Positions 62,558 to 64,000 of a stretch of 64,000 bases of DNA are shown piece by piece (position 1 is the first letter of the stretch; each line of letters begins with the position of its first letter). The stretch is taken from assembly GCF_963921235.1 (NCBI RefSeq), contig NC_086097.1:6448001-6512000 (forward strand). The letters run 5' to 3'. Source of the DNA: Mobula hypostoma (taxonomy: Eukaryota). A program made the translations under genes and the position numbers. The notes under the pieces were generated by a model. It ran no database searches. It saw nothing but the letters and a program-made list of their open reading frames with translations, and had not been told where the DNA came from.

Positions 62558-64000
62558 AAGTTAAAAAGTAAACAGTATCATGCTGCTGGTATTTCATATG
62601 CGATGAGAACTGGGTGGTCGCAGGAGTTCAGTGGTCTCGCAGCCTGGCAGAAGAAGCTACTTCACATCCTAACAGTCCTTGCTCTAATGCTACGGTACCT
62701 CTTGCCTGATGGTAAGAGTCAAAGAAATTATTGGACGGATGGTAGGGATCATTGACAATCTGTTTTATGTCTTTCATTTCTGTTCTTCATAACCCTTGGC
62801 TGCTCTCTGCTCCCGCACCTCTCAGCCTTCATGATTCAATACATACAGTGCTGATTTTTGTTCTTAAAAAGTACATATTTTTTATAGTAAGGAATGACAG
62901 CTTGAATTAATGAACTCTTAATGTTGTTGGAAAACTGTCAACTTCTGAAACAAATTCATTTTGAAAATCAAGTAGCAAACTGAGCATGGATTCAAAATTA
63001 TATCACATAGCACACACTGAGTGGGGCAATGGTAGCAGATATATCTCAAGACCTTCTCTCTGTTGTCTAATTTTTCCATTAATCCTTTCTTTCCATTGAC
63101 AGGAAGCCCAGATTATATTTGGTATTCGTGCTGCTGTAACCCAGGTTACTTAAACCCAAAGATGTAGCATTAGAAAGCTCCACCAATGGAAGGATGAAAA
63201 TGAGGTTTACAGAATTTTTTTGTAAAAAGGAACTTGGGGAAAAAAAAGCTATGCGAGCACGGGGTGTGGTCAAGCAACAAAAATGCAGCGAACTATTAGA
63301 AACTAAAGATATAAACTGTTAAAAGAATTAGCAGTGAGTATCTCTACCCTACTTACTTGAGAACCTCAGGGTGAAACCCTGAGAGGAGAGATTATATCGA
63401 TAAAAGGTGTGTTGAACCTATGGGTATAATAAGCATCAGTTACAGCAAAACAATATCGGCAGGGACAAGTGTCCAAGACTGTACAGGGTAACCAGGAATT
63501 AGTTCTGTTAAATCCTACCAAGGATCTTGGTGAACTAAAACACTTCTACTGTTCAAAGTGTATAATCTGTGTGTGAAATATGTTCAGTAGTCTTGTAACA
63601 GAGAAGTGTTTGGAAATGAGATTGTGATATTGAGTTATTTTTGAAATCGAAAATAGAATGCAAAGAACTTATGCATTCTAATCCTGTTGTATACAGATCA
63701 GGTTTTATTGTGTAAGTATTGTGAATCAACCTTCCATCCTACGAACCAAGAAACAAGATGGCGAGCCAACCAAGATCGAAGAGTCAGCGCGGGAGTGAAA
63801 CTTTCATGACGTAGAGGATTTAATACGTTGGATGTAAAAGTTTAATTTTCATTCAAAGAATCTAAATTTGATTTTCTTGAAGAACTGATAATTTGCAAGA
63901 ACTTTGATAAGTTACTGAATTAGATTTACTTTGTTTAAATATAGTGATTTTGAGGAATTGTTGTGAAAGGAGTTAAGCTGTGTATATGTGTGTGTACGTG

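Overview
This is a vertebrate genomic window with no confidently identifiable host gene. It is almost entirely nested, decayed transposable elements. The mix of CR1 LINEs with SGNH-esterase ORF1, Rex1/Babar LINEs, V-domain tRNA SINEs and Penelope-like repeats suggests a cartilaginous fish, probably a ray or skate (inference). Highlights: (1) a TSD-bounded class III (ERV-L/ERV-S-like) retroviral provirus at 53729-55960, with a tRNA-Ser-like PBS, a ~400-codon gag and an RT fragment mostly missing from the ORF track; (2) at least seven copies of a minimal type I hammerhead ribozyme motif in Penelope-like repeats, some inserted as short TSD-flanked units; (3) a Tc1 element whose 5' interior is replaced by an inverted copy of DNA lying ~5-8 kb downstream; (4) a complete piggyBac with TIRs, TTAA TSDs and a spliceosomal intron. 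Also present are a Sushi-like chromovirus, Mag-like Gypsy elements, three TSD-bounded solo LTRs and a Tigger4-like relic. All family assignments come from recalled motifs; no database search was run. Boundaries not fixed by a TSD or TIR are approximate.
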